NCBI GenBank assembly: GCA_008632985.1
Contig: QPGO01000005.1
Location: forward strand, 827,607-891,606
Source of the DNA: Psammoneis japonica
Lineage: Eukaryota
DNA length: 64,000 bases
Direction of reading: 5' to 3'
Positions 47,922 through 61,337 of the stretch are shown here, piece by piece (the stretch's first letter is position 1; every line of letters starts with the position of its first letter). A program made the position numbers and the translations under genes. The notes beneath the pieces are model-generated. The model had not been told where the DNA came from and did no database searches. It saw only the letters and a list, made by a program, of their open reading frames with translations.

Positions 47922-48326
47922 GGGTGGTGGACGGTAAGCTGTTATTTTATGCAACTTTGTGGAGCAACCTTTTCGTCAAACTTCAAAACTGAGGTGGCTT
48001 GGGTGGGGTGTGTTGTGTGTTGATCGATGAAGTGCGCTGAGTTGTTTTGGAGTTTGAGATTTCGATCGTCGCATGCAATCCGGCTACCGCCCGGTACCGT
48101 ACTCTCTAATACTCCCTCCGACACGGACTCATTCGATTGACTGAATGCAGATGTCACGGTGACGTAGCAAAGGAGACTTCGATCGAAGTTTTCGGTCTGG
48201 CTGTCATCCGGCAAATGCACACTCCGTACTAAACTAACGTGGAAGCTACGTGTACGTGTAATCGTGCGTGCGAATTTGAAAAACGCAGACAGGCATTCTG
48301 TTTTTGCTGATCACGCTCTTGTCACC

Positions 48327-49708
48327 ATGATGAACGGATGGGGCTTCACCGCCGGGAGAGCGGGTTTCCCACAACGCTTTGAAGAGCAATATCATTGTTA
48401 TAGTGTAGCTTATGCGGACAAGTCTCATTTAGAAGTGAGTATAAAGCGCAACAGTGCTAACGGAGGATGATTGTACGGCGGTGTGCTCTGTCCTGTTTCT
48501 CCGTAGACTTTGTACTGCATTCTACGCAACGGTATGTTTCTCATTTCAATTCTCACGGATTGCACCTCGATCTCTGTTATCAGAAAGGAGATAAGATCCT
48601 GCTTCCACCATCGGCATTTGACACTCTGGCGCGACTACAGGTAGACTATCCCATGTTGTTCAAGTTGCAGTCGCCCACCAAGGGCACCATGACGCACTCG
48701 GGCGTGTTGGAGTTCACGGCAGAGGAGGGCTCGTGTTATATTCCGTTCTGGATGATGCAGAACCTTCTCATCGAGGAAGGAGCTGTCATTACAGTCACCA
48801 ATGTCAGTTTACCAAAGGCCACGTTTGTCAAACTACAACCGCAGCATGTGGATTTCCTAGAAATGACCAATCCTCGGGCGGTTCTGGAGCACGCGCTCCG
48901 AAACTTTTCCTGCGTCACAAAGGGAGATGTCATTTGTGTTCCGTACAATAGTAAGAATTATCACTTTGAGCTCAAGGAGGTGGAACCGCAGGACGCAGCA
49001 TGTATTATCGAGACGGATTGTCAAGTGGACTTTGATGCGCCTGTGGGGTACAAGGAACCGAAATCAGAGGAAGCATCGGTTGCGTCCTCCATTAATAGTT
49101 CCTTGAGCAACTTGCCCAAGCAGAGTGCATATGGTGGAGAGGCAAGGTCTTCGGCGTGTCCCAGTCCAGCCTTGTCTTCAACATCGTCAGGAATGGCAGC
49201 ATTTGAGGCGGATCAGGACCAGGGGAAACGCCGTGCCTCATCAACCCGTATTGTAGATGGAAAGATTGTACGACCAGACGATGCCGCAGCAGCTGCAACA
49301 CCCTCCATGATGGCGGAGCAGACAGGCCAAACTGGTGTTCAAGCAAATGCTGCCATTCCGGTCAAGGCGCCCGATGTGGATTACTGGGCAGTCAGTGCCG
49401 GTGATGGTGCTCGATTGGACGGAAAAGCCCCGGCTGCGCTCAAGGACAAGGACGGAGCCGAAGTCGATATTCGGCGGCTTCGAGCCGAGGCGGCTGCCAA
49501 GCGGGCAGAAGCAGCCTCCCAACGAAGCAGGTCCAATAGTCTTTCGGGTGGTTTGACTCTGGATGGAGGTGCCGCTAAAGAGGATGAGGAAGCAAATAAG
49601 CAGCCCGAAGTTGCCGTGTCGAAACGCAAGAGTCGCACGGCGGGCAAGTATTCCCGTCTCAACAAATTCGCAAAGGCTTTTGAAGGATCTGCCAATTCTA
49701 TGAAGTGA
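48327..49708 (+). CDS. UFD1: Ubiquitin fusion degradation protein 1 (intron 48435-48583)
   Basis: FEEQYHCYS, KGDKILLPPSA, YPMLFKL, THSGVLEF.AEEG, PRAVLE.ALRNFS. Confidence 0.95.
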
Positions 49709-50229
49709 TACTTTATAATTCATTGACCGTAACAAACCGCCAATAGATGAATTAATCGCACTCATTCTGGACTGGACTTTACTAATTATGCTGTACTATA
49801 GTTGTTCCTTGTGCGTCTCTCCCTCTGATTCTCCAATCCCAAAATTGTCGAGTTCGGCTTTTCTGGTATGAGTACGGAGCCTCTCTGTGGACAGCATGGC
49901 CCAGTTGGAGAACGAGAAGCACAGACGAAACAGATGAACGTGATAGCAAGAGGGTTTTTCGCGTAGCTTTGCTTTGTAGATGGATCTGAATCCAGGACTC
50001 ACTCTCGTGACGCGAAAACCAAAGGTAGGGCCCTAATACTTTTAACGGCAGGTACGCTTTCACGGCTGTCGACGCAGCGTCTAGGCTCGATTCACTCTTC
50101 TCTAGCTAGAGCTCATTCAGAATACCAGTTTCTTCTTCCAAATCTGGCGTGGCCTTGTCCGAACTCTGTTGCGCATATCCGGATAGAAACGTCTTCTTTG
50201 TGTTGCTTTCGAATCATATGACACTTCTG

Positions 50230-53200
50230 CTACACAGTGGACCAGTCGATTTCATCCAATTCGGAAGACAGGGAACCCAACACATCCGTGAGTTGCTCCT
50301 CCTGAGGCTCCTCGCCGACTTTTCGATCTCGATAGGTATTCAGGACATTGAACACAGCCTCTGTGGGTAGCGCCGATCCTGCTCTTGTCTTGCTTTCTTC
50401 AACCAGTTCTAAGAAATCTTGGAGCATGGCATGAGCCATGGCGGATCCTTTCTCATCGTGCCGCTTCAACCATGCCTTGATGACACCGGAAAAAGTAATT
50501 TCATTTGGTCTCGCTGTCAAGTCACCACCTCGATACAGTTCATTCATTCGATCCAACAAGGCTTGTGCGCGATTAGCTGCATCTGGATCGTCCGAATCTG
50601 CTAGAGCCCCAATTGCACAGTTCTGAACGTAGTAGTAGCAATTGCAGTGTTAATTAGAATTTGACGGGCCAGGATGACGCATCCATCGTACGCCCCATAC
50701 AAAAAAACAAACTTACATAATCCACTACACAGGGATTGACGTCGTATACTCCATCAGCTGCCAATGTTTCCATTCGGTGTAGTATCTCCTCCGCCTTGTT
50801 GGCGTCACCGTCTTGTCGATAAGCAAGCATAACTGCAGCAAAACTTCGCCGCGATGGTTTCATAGGTTCGTGCCCGGCCTTGTACAGATCTTCCATCTCC
50901 AACAAAATCGCTTCCGCTCGTCGTCCACAACACACATCTCCGTGCTTTGCGGTACGAGCAATTGCATCCATGACGGCATTGTACACAATAGCATGAGGCT
51001 TGCAATGCTCCTTGCCTTCTTTCCACAGGAGCTCATTTCGTCGCAACAGCCGTTCCGCCTTATCAGCGCCATCCCGAGTATCAGAGTTCTTACTCCACGC
51101 CTGTTGTACCGCAGAATAAAACACGGCATTGGGACGTAACCGGTCGACGCCCTTGCTGTATTGCTCCTCGACAAACTCCAACAATTCCTCTGCTCGATCT
51201 GGAGGTTCTCCACTCTTTGTGTAACACGAAATGAGAGCCGAGTACGTCACCTGACGTTGAAACAATGGTAAAGACTAACGGTAAGATTGTGAAGGGAAGA
51301 AACAGTGACATTGTATGCAATGAACCGTATCGAGAAAGCAAAAGGCTTACGATATCTGGACGACACTCTTCATCAGCGGATGCATCCATTTGTGCTACAA
51401 TATCTTCGGCCTTTTGCGCAACGCCAACTTGCTGTGATTTGGCCAATGCGTTCAGAATTGAATTCCAAAAGTTTCGATTCTTTGATATGTTAGGAGCTCC
51501 GGCCTCCACTAGGTGATCCATGCGGGAAATCAATGCGTCGCACCTTTGTTGTGCGTCCATTACGTGGCTCTTCGCATACGTATCGCTCACGCTAAGAAAG
51601 GTGGTTGTATCCGGACATGCATTTCCACTACCACTCAAAAACTTTTCTGACAGCACCTCCAATAAATTATCCACATGACTGGGAGCCGCTCGATGGTCGA
51701 GACTTTTGGCCCATGCATGAATGACGGCATTGTACATGATTGTCAAATTCAACCCATGTTTGCGTGACGCTGGTAGCCTTTCAAGTTCATACAACAGCTG
51801 CTCTGCCCTGTATCCAGCATCTCGCAAGCCGCTACGAGACCACCCATGAATGAGCTCACCATAACTCGTCGAGTCCGGCTTGATCGATTTATGCTGATGC
51901 AACCGTTTCAGCAGTTGCATGGCTTGATTCAAGCTTTCTCTCGTCGCCAATTGTGCCCATATCTTGATCACCGTGTTAAAGGTTACTAGATTGGGAGCAA
52001 TCTTTGTTCGCCCAGCCGCATGTATTTGTTCCATGCGATTCAAAATGGCCAACGCATTCTCCGCGGCGTCCATCTGCTCTCTTCGTCCTTACTGTTGGCA
52101 TACGCCTTGATGACCGTGCTGTAAGTTATGGTGTCAGGCTCTAGTTCAGCCTCTCCTGTAAGGTATATCGATGTTCCAATTCCGCCAAGAGTTCTCGTAC
52201 TCGAGTTGTGTTTCCTGCGTGAGCATGAGCATTCATACAAGAGTTAAATGTAGTCGTGTCTGGTCGAACTGACGACTGACCAAGTTCATAAAGCCTTGCA
52301 TCTCGGCTAGGAGAGCATCTGCTCGTTCACCAGCCTCCGGTAGCTTGGATCGGGCCCAAGCGTTAATGACACAATTAAACCAAACTTGATTCGGCTTCAA
52401 ATCGGTTTGGCCGTTTCGATATCGGCGCCACACGTCCTCTAGTATTTGTTGAGCTTTATGAGCTTGGCCATGTCGAGCATACGCTGCTAGCAGGACACTG
52501 ATGGTTCGCCTATTCGGTTGTAAGTCAGGCGAGTCTTTCATTTCCTGGTGTATTCGCTCCATCTGCTCCAATGCTTCTTTGGCGTCCTGGGAGTAGTCAA
52601 AGGCATACACAGCCAAGACCAAATTGTAAGTGTACGTGTTGGTTCTATGGTTCGATGTTGCTTCAACTCATCAAATAATCTCATAACTTCATGTTGGCAC
52701 GTGATAAGCCACTTTTGGACCATGCCTCAATCACCGCATTGTATGAAAAGATCGAGGGTGTCACGCGTATATTTGTTTTGCTCAGTTTTTGCATTCGACG
52801 TAACAAGGCTTCCGCTTGGACTGGTGCGGAAGCATCTCCTCGTTCACTTCGTTTTGTAAACCCCATAATGACGGTATTGAAACTGACCTCGTCTACCTCT
52901 TTGCCCACAGATGACGCAGTGTCTGTCAGAGCTTGATCCAAACGTTCTTGCGCCCAAAACGCTGCATTCGAGTGCCGCTTTCGCGTTAAGCGTTTCAATT
53001 CCTGATTCAGCGGGAAATTCTTCTTCTGAGTGTTGTATTTGTGATTCTTGTGCTTATAATCTGAAGAATTAACACTTCCATTTGGGGAACCTCGAGATTG
53101 TTGGTAATTGTTGTGCACCTCAACTTGTCTGTTCTTTCTACGGTTGTACGGTGTCCTCGTAGTAGTAACAACAGCCCCAGGAACAAAAGCAGTGGAAACT

Positions 53201-53294
53201 GAATGTCTGGTAAGTGAAATACTCTGCTCCACAACAGGAAACAACAGCTCCAACTGCCGTGGCGACACCACGGACGAGGACGCAAAGACATCAT
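50230..53294 (-). CDS. Pentatricopeptide-repeat protein (introns and frame breaks; start approximate)
   Basis: Many PPR units: PSIFSYNAVIEAWSKS, PNQVWFNCVINAWARS, PDTITYSTVIKAY, PNLVTFNTVIKIW, PNEITFSGVIKAW. Confidence 0.88.
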
Positions 53295-54160
53295 GGTCGC
53301 TTCTGTTCTGTGCACAGAAAAATGTGAAACTAAAATTTTCGACGTGTGGCGCGCGTTCATTGGCTGAAGCGGGCGAAAGACGGACGGACTGAGCGCAGTC
53401 GCCATTTGTGTTCACATGTCGGACGCAATGGGGAAGCAAAGAGCTGTGGCGCAACGAGTTCGTTGAAGAGAATGTTTTGGCATGGCCTTGAAAGTGATTC
53501 TTTTCCACGGAATGATATTGAATTATGATGAATATGAATTGATGTGAAGAGAAGAAATTGCTGCTTCATTGACAGAAACGAGAAGTTATGGGGGTGAAGG
53601 AGGATAAAGGGGGGGGGGGGGGGGCGGCGAGAGGCGCAAGCGCCATCAAGCCTTGTTAAAAATTATAAACAAACACAGCGCTGAGCACTGTGTAATGTAG
53701 GATCACGTACAGTCTGGAGTGTTTCATCCGTGCATTGACCAGCTCCTCTACATGGACACAACCCTTCATGATCAGCTGCGTTCCTGTTTAAGGTAAGTAT
53801 GATGTCTTGTTGGAAGAGGTGATTTGGCATCATGGGAGCCCGTCGAAATGTTTTCGCCAAATCCGACATGACTTCCAATGCATGATTTAGTTGGTTATGA
53901 GTTGTCTGACTAGGCGCTGTCGTCAGAGGCTAGAAGCCCACCTTGAAATTGCACGTAGGAATCAGTACAAAATTTACACACATCATTTTCGCTCATTGAT
54001 TTCGCCAACAATCCGAACCACTCACAAAAACCTTGTTGGCATTGACCTTGTGTAAACGAAAAACCGAAAACATTCCATTTCTTGTTTGAGCAACGCTAAG
54101 TTCCGACAGCCAACAACACCTCTCTGTTATATCAACATTCAAACAAAACAGCTTTCCGCC

Positions 54161-54738
54161 ATGGCTGCTCGAAAAGGTCTCGCTGCTTGTACCCAACATA
54201 CCGTTCGGTTCTCTTCCTTTCTCAGGAATCGGGCGAGCCAATCGTTGTATCATCCTCAGCGCATGTGAGACAGTACTCGGACCAAGCAACCTCCTCATCC
54301 TCTTCGACGCCCTATGAATCTCCGTTTAAGGAATTTTTTAACATGATGGAAAGGGGAGAGACATCATTGGGAACGAAAGACATTGACGCTCCAGAAATTC
54401 GCTATCTGAAATGCGGCGTCCGTGAAGATGCACTGCGATTCAAAACTGTTCACTACGGACGATTGTTGCAAGCACCTCATGTACAGCCGGGCGAGCACTC
54501 GGTCACTCTCAAGGTGTTTCTCGGGGATTTGAATTTGAACGAGGTTGAATTGGAAGTATTGAAGCAAATTGTATCCACTCGAATCAGCGAAGAACGAAAT
54601 GAACTCAGACTCACGTCGGATCAATTTGGAAGCCGAATCGAAAACAAGAGGCACCTTGTGTCCATGTTGGATCGACTCGTTATGGCGTCGAAGCAACTTG
54701 CACAGGACGAGTCAACAACTGTCACTGCAGAGGCGTGA
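54161..54738 (+). CDS. Mitochondrial ribosomal protein mS35 (RSM24/MRP-S28 family)-like; frame break near the N-terminus
   Basis: HSVTLKV.L.DLNL...LKQIVSTR...ELRLTSDQFGSRIENKRHL..MLDRL. Confidence 0.75.
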
Positions 54739-54877
54739 GTGTGAAGAGCCTGTATCGTTGTATATAATATTTTTGTAACGTAACTCTTCATATTGCCGCA
54801 CACAAACCAATATTTTGGTCTTTAGCGTCTCGCAAGTGATAATAGTACTATTACAAATGTTGTAACTTAATCACGTC

Positions 54878-55210
54878 GATCAGTTGGACTATGTTCGGAA
54901 CGTTGGTTTCGCCGAAGCTATGTAAGCTGGCTCTAGAGAGGTATATTCAAAGATTGCCTCTCTACTAGTAGTCATACAATTCGAACTTGTTGCCTGGGGT
55001 ACCGGTATGCCCTTCTACTACTACTGTAGTGGGAGTAGTAGGCTGGATCCCGCTGATCAGTTGGGCTAAGTTCGCCGACGATGGTCTCGCCGAAGCTATA
55101 GGAAAAGCTGGCTCACTAGAGAATCAAAGATTGCCTCTCCAGTAGTCATACAATTCGAACTTGTTATGCCCTTCTACTTCACAGTCTCTAGTAGAGTAGC
55201 AGGCTGGATT
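54878..55210. repeat. Imperfect tandem duplication, unit about 177 bp
   Basis: CGCCGAAGCTAT...TCAAAGATTGCCTCTC...AGTAGTCATACAATTCGAACTTGTT...AGGCTGGAT occurs twice. Confidence 0.85.
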
Positions 55211-55692
55211 ATGTCCTATCGAAATAATAGACAAGAGGTTGTATGTTCTACCATATGACTTATTAGCTACAGGAAGAAAATGTCTGCGTTTCGGCTTCCT
55301 AATGTTTAGGAGACATCGTAATAAAGCGGGGAGCATCTCTGCACGGCGAGACCCGTCACACTAACGTAAACAAACCATAAGCAGCAACATTATAAGAGAA
55401 GAGAACACAGTTGCTAATGTGGCTGGTTTTTACACCTTTATGATACGTGAGTAACTATGCTCTTTTCTCTTACCCCAAAACACCTAAATTGTGCTATTCG
55501 TCCTTTCCCTTGAAAAGAAACATAAACAATGAATGGAATCCCTTTTGGCAGGCCAAGCCTTTGTATGAATGTAACTGTGTTCGTCAGTGTTGTGCTGCTA
55601 ATGTGTAGAATGTGGAAACCTCTTCCCAAACACCCCTTCACACGCACTACCCTCTCTCTAAAAATCTACACACCGCCGGCCCGCCAAAAGGA

Positions 55693-57495
55693 CTAGTCTC
55701 CCGTTGACGGCGGCGGTGCGCCATCTTCATATTGTCCGCCTCCACCTGCTCGCTGCTGTGCTCCCGGAGGTGGACCATGTTGAGATGGTGGCTGTTGTCC
55801 CATATACGAGTGTTGGACAGGATACGGAGGCACCCCGCCGGGAGGAGGAGGACCGCTCTGCTGGTCTGCATCCTTATCCCTCTCACCCGGCGACGCGCCT
55901 TCAGGAGCTTGTCCCGCACGAGTTGGTGATCCTTGAGGCCCTCCTGCTGCTGGCGGTGGTCCTCCACGGTGCGGAGGCGGCTGGCCGTAAGGAGGTGGAA
56001 GGCCGTGGTGGTAGTGTGGAGGTATGTGGCCACCATATTGTTGTGGTGGTGGATACATGTAGCCCGGTGGCGGACCTTCGGACGTCCCAGAACCTTGGGG
56101 TGGCAAATGGCCGTGCATCTGCTGAGGAGGCGGGGCACCATAGGCACCACCAGCTGCAGCTGCTGAAGGCTGCTGGTAGTACGGATGATGGTACGGGGGG
56201 GGCTGAGCTGTCGCCTGATTGTATGGACCAGGCCACGCACCAGGAGGCGGCTGCGGGGGAGGAGGAATACCTCCAATTCCGCCTTGCATCATTTGAACTT
56301 GCTGCATAGCAGCGGCGACAAGTTTCTGTTGGTGGATGAATGCAGAAACGGCACGGTTAAGCCATTGTCCTACGGAGATAGAGGTGGAGGAGAAGAGACA
56401 TATATTAAACGAGTCAGACTTACATCTTTCCCATGCTGCTGAAACTTTCTTTGGATTGTAGAATACCAGTGATTCTTGACGTCGTTATCTGAACGTCCCG
56501 GCAGCTGCTTTGCAATATTCGCCCATCGATTTCCGTGGTGTTCATGGAGCGCAATGAGTATTGCCTCTTCATCGTCGGTCCATTCCCCTTTCTTTAGCTC
56601 AGGATCCAGGTGATTCACAAATCGCTCTCGACATTGTTTTCCCTGTCGCCCTGGCAGATGCGCTGCAATCTTGGCCCACTTTCGGCCATAGAGTGCACGC
56701 TTATCTCGAAGGATGTTATCTTCTTCTTGGGTCCACGATCCCTTCCCTTTGATGACCGGTGGACTTGATAACGATTGCCATTTGGTGAGGCAGTCAATTG
56801 CTGTTCGGTTTGAAAAGTTACCAGCAATATCATTCCATCGTGGCGATGCTAAGCAGCGAGAAACAATACGAGACAAATTGTGAGAGCGCAGGCAGCGACA
56901 GATGGAGCAAGGTTCACTAGGTACAAAACTTACTGTCTTGATACTGATCCACGAGCTTCTTGAGTAGTTCTACTTCCTCTGCTGACCATTTCGATGAATC
57001 GGAATCTTTCTTAAGTTTCTTTGAAGGAGGCCCGTCATCTTCCTCTGCTTCAGAAGATTCAGATGCATCGTCCTTTTCGGAATCTGCCTTATCCTTGGGT
57101 GGCAAAGACGCAACAGCTGGAGCGGTGCTCTCCCGGGTTCCTTCCGTCGCGTTGAGATGCCCCATGTATCGTCTCAGACACTGAACCGCTGTCTTACCTG
57201 GAACCGAAGTCGCGATTTCGTCCCAATCCTCCTCGTCATCACCTTGATCTGACTCCTCCCGTTTCTTACGGTCAGCAATCACGGCAAACATGAGAGCTTC
57301 GTCCTCGGCAGCTGTCCAGGCGTTCTTGCTTTGCTTTTTCGGCGCAGAAGACTTCTCTTCATCATCTGAACTAGCCTTTCGCTCTGCGGGTGGCTTAGAA
57401 TCTGACTCCTCCTCGTCTTCACGGTTAATATCTCCTTCTGATTCAACTGCATCTTCAAACTTCTCGGCTTCTCGTTGTTTACCTGGTGAAGGCAT
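55693..57495 (-). CDS. Multi-repeat MYB transcription factor with a Pro/Gln/Gly-rich tail, three exons
   Basis: WTAAEDEAL; WSAEEVELL..; KGSWTQEED..WAKIAAHLPGRQGKQCRERF; WTDDEE..GNRWANIAKQLPGRSDNDVKNHW. Confidence 0.93.
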
Positions 57496-59771
57496 GATAA
57501 GAGCTCCGTCACACAAAAGGTGGCGATGCGCACCTCGGGAGTGGCAGTTATGTCCCAACGGTTACCAGAAAGCCGATGGAATAGACAATACGCCACTCGA
57601 AGCGATCTTTTTTTCAACAGAGAGAAACCTTGGTAAAGAATTCAAAAAATATAAAACTCCCTCCAACCAATCACGCGTAAGACTGAATCACAAGTCCGCT
57701 TTCCTTCGCGCTAAACAAGACACAACTGCCGAGCAAGTTGCCGCCGATAAAACAAAATTGCGCCAGTAATCAACTTAAATGTGCTTTCCTCCACCCGCTT
57801 CGCCCAAAGGGCACGGCTTGCAAAGTAGATGGGTCGTCACGCCAAAGAATAACGCCTTCGAGCGTTATTCTCTCCTGAATCGTAGCTGCGCCAGAATTTT
57901 GTCAACACAGAGCGCAGGGCGTGACGCGTTGTGGTACTATTCTACGTGAATTCTACGGCGAGAGAAGCGATTCCATCGATCCAATCTGCGAGAGGTAACG
58001 GACGAGAGGCGTATTCATTCCTCATTCATTTGGTTTCAACATTACGTAATTGTACAGCAATTATGAAGATTAAATAAAAAAGAAATCTTCATAATAAACA
58101 GTATCATTCTGTTATAGTATTTAACCTATGAAAAAGTGCATTGAGGATAAATATATGACCTCAACGGCCCTGAAGGGGTTAATAAAATGGTTATCCTTTC
58201 TTCAACGCATGAAACTACGTGCATACTTGAAGAAAATTAATACAGATTTTTATTCGTGTTTATCGCTATTTGTCCTTGAAGAAGATAAGCGATCCCAACT
58301 GAAACCTGCTTTAGGTTAACGGACATACTACTTAATATTCCAAAACCATGGAAAATTCTGTGACTTAATACAACTATTCAAGAGTTAATGTATCATATTA
58401 GTGGATTGAATTATTCGTGTGTGATTGTGTGTACTGCTTCATTTGATCGCATGCAGGAGCACGGTGCACCGCCGACCAGAACTACCGGTAACATACAACA
58501 TGATGTGCATGATGCGATTCGCCTCGCAGACGTCCAGGAACGTTCTTTTGAACTTCAATTAGACGAATGTCGAGCGTTTACTCGCAAATCCACCGTACAG
58601 TAAGATGTCGCAACGCCAAAATTGTAAAGGGCAGTCTTAATAAAGTAGTGTGCTCTGGCTGCTGGAGGATCTGCCAATCGCCAATCGATTTCTACTTTCG
58701 TTTCTAGCGGGGCTGTTCCATGTTGAAACAAGATGAAGCGAATGAATGCGAAGAACGAAGAAAATTAAGAAGAAATCCATACTCTGGAAAGAAGCTGACA
58801 AATCAACAAAAACTGTCGACAACACACACACACATGTAAAAGAAGGCGCACTCACAGCAACCGGGCAACCGGGGAGCACAGTTTCCATTTTCAATTTGAG
58901 ATGCACGTGTTTACAGAGGAGAAATACTGATCATGACCGTTGTCTTTGCCTTCCTTGCTTGGAGAAGTATATCGGCCTTCAAGAATATTATCACGCGACT
59001 TTTGTCCTTGTTTTGAGCTTTCGTCATTCTTGCAACGACTGAGAAACGTTATGTTCACAAACTGCCGTTAACTCAATCCACGTCTCAACTCTTGCGTTAC
59101 TTGGTTGCGAGTACATAAGACAGCCTCAGCGTTTTCTACAATCCCGTATCTTTGTCAGGTGAAACGAATGTTGGAAATGAATGGAAACCTGACATGATTC
59201 TTGTGCGGCGCGGCTAAATACTTTACGGTGGTAGAATGTCGGTAACGTTGTGCTGTTTCGTCTCAGGCTGCGGCGCTCTGTGCGTACAGAACTGCCACGA
59301 GCAAACTCTACTTGTACGCAGTTATCACGGGAAAGGTCAACACGTACGTGCAATAAATTTTGCAGACCATCAAGGACAAACAGTCCTGGATTTTAGGGCA
59401 AGATAATGCGTTCGAGACAGCTCGAGATGAGCACAACACACGTGTACATAACGGCGGAACCGGAAACAAACAACGACCTGGTCTAGCACGACGTGCAGAA
59501 ATATGGACCAGAGACGCCATTTGGAGTGGTATGGACGAAAATGCCATCGACAATCGATAAACAATCGCCACAAGCAAAAGCGCTTGAGCACATCTGCGAC
59601 GGCTATTCTTCATTCTGAGTCGTGTGAAACTCGCGATTAGGTCGCGTCCAAATAAATGATGTGACGTCATACTGACACCCATGTCACGAGTCAAATTGAC
59701 ATCATCGGCGGCAATTTCGCGTCGCGATCACAATTTCTCCCAAAAATCACATTGAACAAACACGAAACACA

Positions 59772-61201
59772 ATGAAAGCGGCAACGTTCCAGCGTTTTCT
59801 CCTTCTTCTAACAGGTATTACTCAAGGAACCTCTTTTGCAGTTACTCCGTTGGCTCGTTCGCAAGCTCCCCTCCATCCGAGACGACCATCAAGAGCCAGT
59901 CGATCGAGACTTGAAATGACCCTCGAGCCGCTGACAACTTTTCTGTCAGAACAACTTCTTGTTCCGGAAATGGCAAGTATGATGACATTCCCTTTGCTTG
60001 CGCGAGTCCAAATGGCTGGAGAGACTGCTTTGGCAGCATCTGTCGCCGTTGCAGCTGCGCAAGGCGCATTAATCGCACGCCAATATGCGACGAATCCTGC
60101 CGGCGAACTCATCGTGCCGCCGGACCAACGTTTGGTAGAGAACACGCGTCTCTGGAATCAGTGATGAGCAGAAGATGAAGATAAAGAGCCATCTGTCGTC
60201 GGCTAGACGACACGCTCTTGGCTCGCAAGGTCAAGAAAGGGTGGTACCAATGGCTTGCCCTTCTAATGCCCATCTTGGCCACACCGATAGGAGCAATACT
60301 ACGCTTCGAGCATCTTGCACATCTAGCCGTGGTATTGGGGCTTGCTCATATTTATGACTTCTTCCACAATATACCGACAATACATGAGACCGACACTAAC
60401 TCCCCCACCTTTGGGCATCAACCGCATATTGTCGTGTTGGGCGACTCCATGAGTGTGGGCATCGGCTGCGTCAACGAGTTTGATCCTGACAAAAACTCTG
60501 GAATCTTGCGACGAATAGAGCAGCTTGGCCCAGAAGATGGTGAAGGACCTGTCTTTCCCCGTGCTCTCGCTCAATCTCTCTCCAAGCAGCTCGGCCAACC
60601 CGTATCCTGGCGCTCTGCAGGTGTCGACGGTGGAGACACAAGCGAGATTCAAAAGTATCTTCTTCCAGTGATTAAGGAAGAGGTTGAGAACAACAGAGCT
60701 CCTGATTTAGTTGTGGTCTTGACTGGCTCCAACGATCTCAAGCATATTCTCAGCAATGGAGCAAGCATTCGCGGTTTCCAATCTAATTTGCTGAAACTCG
60801 CTCGAGATATAAGAGCAATTTCACCCCGCACAAAGGTGGTATTTCCGGCGCTTCCAACGTATCGACTAGACGAAAATTCTATTCTCAATGTCTTTCCATT
60901 GAATTTTTTCCTCGACGCCATTATTGGGTTCTGGGATGCTCAGAAGATTCAAGCTGCTAGTTCCTCGGAGGCAGTTCTTCATGTGGATTTGAAAGTGAAC
61001 GACGTCCGTGGATGGTACCAGGGCTCGGAAACACTCCTAGCTGCTGATGGAATTCACCCAAACAAAGATTGTTACGAGAAATGGGCGAGGCATGTAGGGG
61101 AAAGCTTGGCCGAGCAGCTGCTATCCCAACGAGACGAAACAAAGCTGACGCAAAAGCGAAAATTAGGGATGCCACAGCAAGCGTGGACCACCGTGACATA
61201 G
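59772..61201 (+). CDS. SGNH/GDSL hydrolase with signal peptide (frame breaks ~60120-60190)
   Basis: VVLGDSMSVG, AGVDGG, TGSNDL, DGIHPN; N-terminus ...GTSFAV. Confidence 0.85.
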
Positions 61202-61337
61202 AAACAAGAACGAAATAATGATAGAATAAAGAAAACACTACAATATCGTAGACTTAGATACCGTTGTTGTCGACCTCTTACAAATAAATGCGGATGTCAT
61301 TGTTTGTATGCAAGGAGGCGCAAGCACGGCTTCACCA

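Noticed and set aside
57800..59700. Short ORFs and an AT-rich stretch between the MYB and SGNH genes
   Set aside because: No domain, repeat or RNA-gene signature was recognised; treated as intergenic.
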